A DNA stretch of 63,394 nt, filler included, from Craspedostauros australis (lineage: Eukaryota), in assembly GCA_030167865.1 (NCBI GenBank). It is 16 parts of 16 records of this genome, joined end to end, with 100 filler letters (N's around TTAATTAATTAA, not from the genome) between each part and the next. Parts side by side here need not be neighbours in the genome. Positions count along the whole stretch, not along the records: positions 58,305 to 60,510 come from JALAGF010001642.1; positions 60,611 to 63,394 come from JALAGF010001644.1; 14 more parts are not named here. One strand, given 5' to 3'. The first letter of the stretch is position 1. Every line of letters starts with the position of its first letter. The notes under the pieces were generated by a model. That model had not been told where the DNA came from. It saw only the letters and a list, made by a program, of their open reading frames with translations, and did not search any database. The translations under genes were made by a program, and so were the position numbers. Below, piece after piece: positions 60,016 to 63,394 of this stretch.

Positions 60016-60510
60016 GGACCCCATTCAGGATACGATAGTATACAAATGCGGATTTTTAATATTTTTGCCTAAATCATCCTATAATGTTGTAGATATTATA
60101 TGGGTTAAGTTACAAGCTTCTGGGCCTTGTAGTTAAAAAGTTTATATTTTTCGCATTAGTCTATGACTAAACACGTGAGGCATGCGAACGTAGACGGGCA
60201 ACTTGGATTCGAAATTCTCAGTCGTGTTTCGACCAATATCCAGTCGTGTCCTTCATCGACACACTCACATTTCGCGTGGGTGAGGCGGGTTGTTGCGAAA
60301 CAATGCCGAGGATTGGGCAGTGGCAGTAGGCATGCTGAAGTTGCTGCTTTATCTGGGCTGTGGATCAGTTGTCGAGATCCAGAGTTGTGGGTTGGTGTGT
60401 AATCCAAAGCCTGACCCCCACCAAGGCTGTCACACTGCCTTGTTCTCGGTTCTGCCACCGTTCATGGCCCAACAGGTTGAGCTTCGTCCACGTCCCATTC
60501 AGCACACATT
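60016..60510 (+). mobile_element. Terminal region of putative DNA transposon (GGACCCC...), copy 2
   Basis: Homologous to 47318-47689 in reverse orientation; preceded by ATA. Confidence 0.6.
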
Positions 60511-61039
60511 NNNNNNNNNNNNNNNNNNNNNNNNNNNNNNNNNNNNNNNNNNNNTTAATTAATTAANNNNNNNNNNNNNNNNNNNNNNNNNNNNNNNNNN
60601 NNNNNNNNNNTCTCATGATCGATGTCACCTTTGGTGATGTTCCAAACCTGCGGATGTTCTGATCCTTTCTGATGTTCCAAACCTGCGGATGTTCTTGTCC
60701 GCAGGAGAGGCATGTGCTGNNNNNNNNNNNNNNNNNNNNNNNNNNNNNNNNNNNNNNNNNNNNNNNNNNNNNNNNNNNNNNNNNNNNNNNNNNNNNNNNN
60801 NNNNNNNNNNNNNNNNNNNNNNNNNNNNNNNNNNNNNNNNNNNNNNNNNNNNNNNNNNNNNNNNNNNNNNNNNNNNNNNNNNNNNNNNNNNNNGTCCGTA
60901 TGCTTAGTCATAGTCATAATGACATGGTATACAAAGGTGTGACAAATAGTCTCTGAACATGTGATGAATAATATTCAAAGGTGTGACGAACAATGTTGGG
61001 AGGTGCGGCAATCATGGGTATTCCAACAAAGTCGTACCC

Positions 61040-62116
61040 TCAATTCCTAACACACTCTGCGTTTTTGGTGCGGTACCCTACCCATCTTTGATTACGTTCT
61101 AACACCTTCTGTTCCTCCGACAGTCCATGTGCATGCTTGCCCAAGATAGCAGTGCATAGTGCATGTGATGCGGACATGGCCAAAGCAGATCTCACTGTGT
61201 GGGATGATGTAGTTTCTCCGAGAAAGCATAGGGTGTACAAATGAGATGCCAACATTGTTGGAGGAACCTCCACATTGCCGCGTACGTATGCAACCACCTG
61301 TTCCATCTGACGAGTTGGCACCTCTTCTTCTGGAAGCAGGACAGTCCAAAGTGCAGACGATACGACACTCCACATCTGTTTGATGTTGCTCCAGATAGTC
61401 CAATCGTGCCTGCCTGTGAGAACGAATCCTGTTATTGGCATTTGCTGGAGGATTTTAGGATCTAGGTTAGATCGAAGCGCTACCATGATACGAACGATGG
61501 CATCACGCCTCCAGTTTCCCGCCTCTTCCAGATCGTACCCAAACTGGCCTCCTCTCCTGTTCCTGCTGGCGCGTGTTCGTTGCTCCTTGCCGTTGTCGTC
61601 GTAGGTGCTGTTGCTATCACCAGAGGCATCTGCATAGCCCCCGACAACAACAGCATTGCAGCGACGAGGGAGCCTCGCTGGTGGGGTAGGCGCGACAGGT
61701 GGTACAACGTCAGGCGCAGCAGGGGGTGGCGCGTTCACGATAACGCTCACCAACGTACCATCGCCGACACCTCGTCCCTTCGAACGCACCTCGACGTTGG
61801 AGTCGTCGAAGACACCTCCGTTGTTGTTGAGGATGTGTACGAACACGTGCAGCTCGCGAGCGTGCGCATGTGTACTGTTCGGGACGAGGCCGCCATCCGC
61901 TGCATGCATCGGCTTCACATCGATCACTTGCGTGATGATGGTCGGCTTCCCCAATGCAGCGGACGGCTTGTAAGGCAACAGCTGTTCAGGAGTAGGCAGC
62001 AGGAACCCCTTGGAGTCGAATGGAGGAGCAGATACAGGGTAAGCAGAACACGGCTTCTTACAAGGAGAGGGGTTGCCATCCTTGGAGAGGGCCTTGGCAG
62101 CAGCAGAGGGAAACAT
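61040..62116 (-). CDS. Hypothetical protein (358 aa), possibly transposon-borne
   Basis: ATG-initiated open frame with Pro-rich linker and a globular-looking C-terminal half; no recognised domain. Confidence 0.4.
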   Translation of the reverse strand: MFPSAAAKALSKDGNPSPCKKPCSAYPVSAPPFDSKGFLLPTPEQLLPYKPSAALGKPTIITQVIDVKPMHAADGGLVPNSTHAHARELHVFVHILNNNGGVFDDSNVEVRSKGRGVGDGTLVSVIVNAPPPAAPDVVPPVAPTPPARLPRRCNAVVVGGYADASGDSNSTYDDNGKEQRTRASRNRRGGQFGYDLEEAGNWRRDAIVRIMVALRSNLDPKILQQMPITGFVLTGRHDWTIWSNIKQMWSVVSSALWTVLLPEEEVPTRQMEQVVAYVRGNVEVPPTMLASHLYTLCFLGETTSSHTVRSALAMSASHALCTAILGKHAHGLSEEQKVLERNQRWVGYRTKNAECVRN

Positions 62117-62223
62117 GGTGGAATTGTTGGTGGAGAGTAGTGTTGTTTGCTAGATGGATGTGATGAACTGCACAGGTTGAGATGAAGTGAGGAAGGAGAG
62201 CACAGGATGAAGGCCGATCATTC

Positions 62224-62258
62224 AGCAACAACAACAACAACAACAACAACAACTACGT

Positions 62259-62291
<33 letters not shown>
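62224..62291 (+). repeat. Compound microsatellite (CAA)n(CTA)n
   Basis: Directly visible. Confidence 0.95.
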
Positions 62292-62609
62292 CAACGAGAA
62301 CTAGCATGGAGCGAAAGGGCGAGTGTGCAGGCCATTGGCGAGGAAGGTTGTGAATGGAGCCAAAGTGTGGCGCGATTTTGCGAAATGATGGAGATGATGT
62401 GTTTTGTGTCATGTGTTTTGTGACGAGCAGAATGTGGAATCAGGTGCCACATGCTAACGTGTAATTAACGCGTACCAAACGACCAACACCTTCGGAAGCC
62501 AATCCGTGACTGATCACCTCACGATAAATACATGAGAACAGCATAGAACCTTATGCCAACAACAACGGGTTTTGTGCTGTTGGACCCACGTGACTGCTAT
62601 GCAGACATA

Positions 62610-62935
62610 GATCACTCCATAAAACTTAAAATAAGGACCTAACAAAAAATGTAACGGTTAATTATGTATAAGGAGATTATAAGGACTACGAATATGTGCT
62701 TGGTTTGGATATCGCAGATGAAAAGTTAGAATGTCCATTTCAAAGTGTTGGTCGACTCACTGATCGGGCTCATAGGACCCACTTGAGTGACGGGACCTGC
62801 AGTCGGTCCTGAGGGGGTGGGAAGATACGGGGCTTTCGACCAAACCACCCACATATTCATAAACTAAAACAAAATATAAGAATCATAGTGGACGCGGATT
62901 TTGGTTTAATGTCTTATTTTAATTTTTATGGACAC
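62610..62935. mobile_element. Two related imperfect inverted ends abutting across ATA (62772-62774)
   Basis: Reading outward: GAGCCC...ccaaaccaagcacatattcgta...cttattttaagttttatgga versus GGACCC...ccaaaccacccacatattcata...cttattttaatttttatgga at matching offsets. Confidence 0.6.
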
Positions 62936-63049
62936 CTCGATTTTGCCCTCATCTAGACACGACTAGCGCACTACGGCCAGATTCGGTGTCTTGGTGCCTT
63001 GATTCGTGTCGCCAAAAGACAAGTGATCGATGTCAATTGCAGGACTAAT

Positions 63050-63394
63050 TTATTTTTTTAGTCCCTCCATTGCCGCTCTGACACGTTCCAACAATTGTGT
63101 CCTCACATTTTGTTCCACCAAGTCAGGAGATTCCGTATTTTCCTTCATCGTGTGTGTCTCGCACGCAATTCGCTCCGAGGCTTCGTTTTCTTCTTGTCGC
63201 AGCACGATTTCCTCCTCTTCTGATCTTATTTGTTGTGCAGGCACGATTCCTGCATCAGCATTGTTTGCGTTCGTTGGGAGTGGGGGGATTTTTGTGTTCG
63301 ATGTGTTCGATGCGTTCGTTGCGTTTCGTTTGATCGTACTTTCCGGGGTACGGATGTTCGCGGGCTTCGGTTTCGTGCGCTGATATGAAGCGGA
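63050..63394 (-). CDS. C-terminal end of a hypothetical protein running off the window
   Basis: E-rich coiled-coil-like open frame ending ...AAMEGLKK*. Confidence 0.35.
   Translation of the reverse strand, partial: SASYQRTKPKPANIRTPESTIKRNATNASNTSNTKIPPLPTNANNADAGIVPAQQIRSEEEEIVLRQEENEASERIACETHTMKENTESPDLVEQNVRTQLLERVRAAMEGLKK

Overview
Eukaryotic DNA with diatom-type gene families. The window is about 16 contigs joined by 15 artificial 100-nt spacers (N44-TTAATTAATTAA-N44), so adjacency across those spacers is not reliable. Contig 1 (1-19598) holds a 4-exon membrane nucleotide cyclase fused to a catalytically degenerate phosphodiesterase. It also holds a ~3.6-kb tandem triplication in which three intact RNI-like LRR genes, diverged mostly at predicted exposed beta-strand positions, alternate with three broken FAD-monooxygenase copies; a Harbinger/PIF-like element cuts the array off. 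Contig 2 holds a full-length, apparently intact 8.5-kb Ambal-like non-LTR retrotransposon (ORF1 plus APE-RT-RNase H ORF2, 15-bp TSD, (TTA)n tail). A second, 5'-truncated relative (13-bp TSD) sits inside a copy of the same unannotated ~700-bp repeat that flanks the first, and the two elements share a 3'-end motif/hairpin layout. The rest comprises MATE, LRR-receptor-like, ankyrin, STAND/TPR-like and methyltransferase-like genes or fragments, copia (CoDi-like) fragments, and DNA-transposon-like ends beginning GGACC/GAGCC. All family calls come from motif recognition by eye; no database searches were run.
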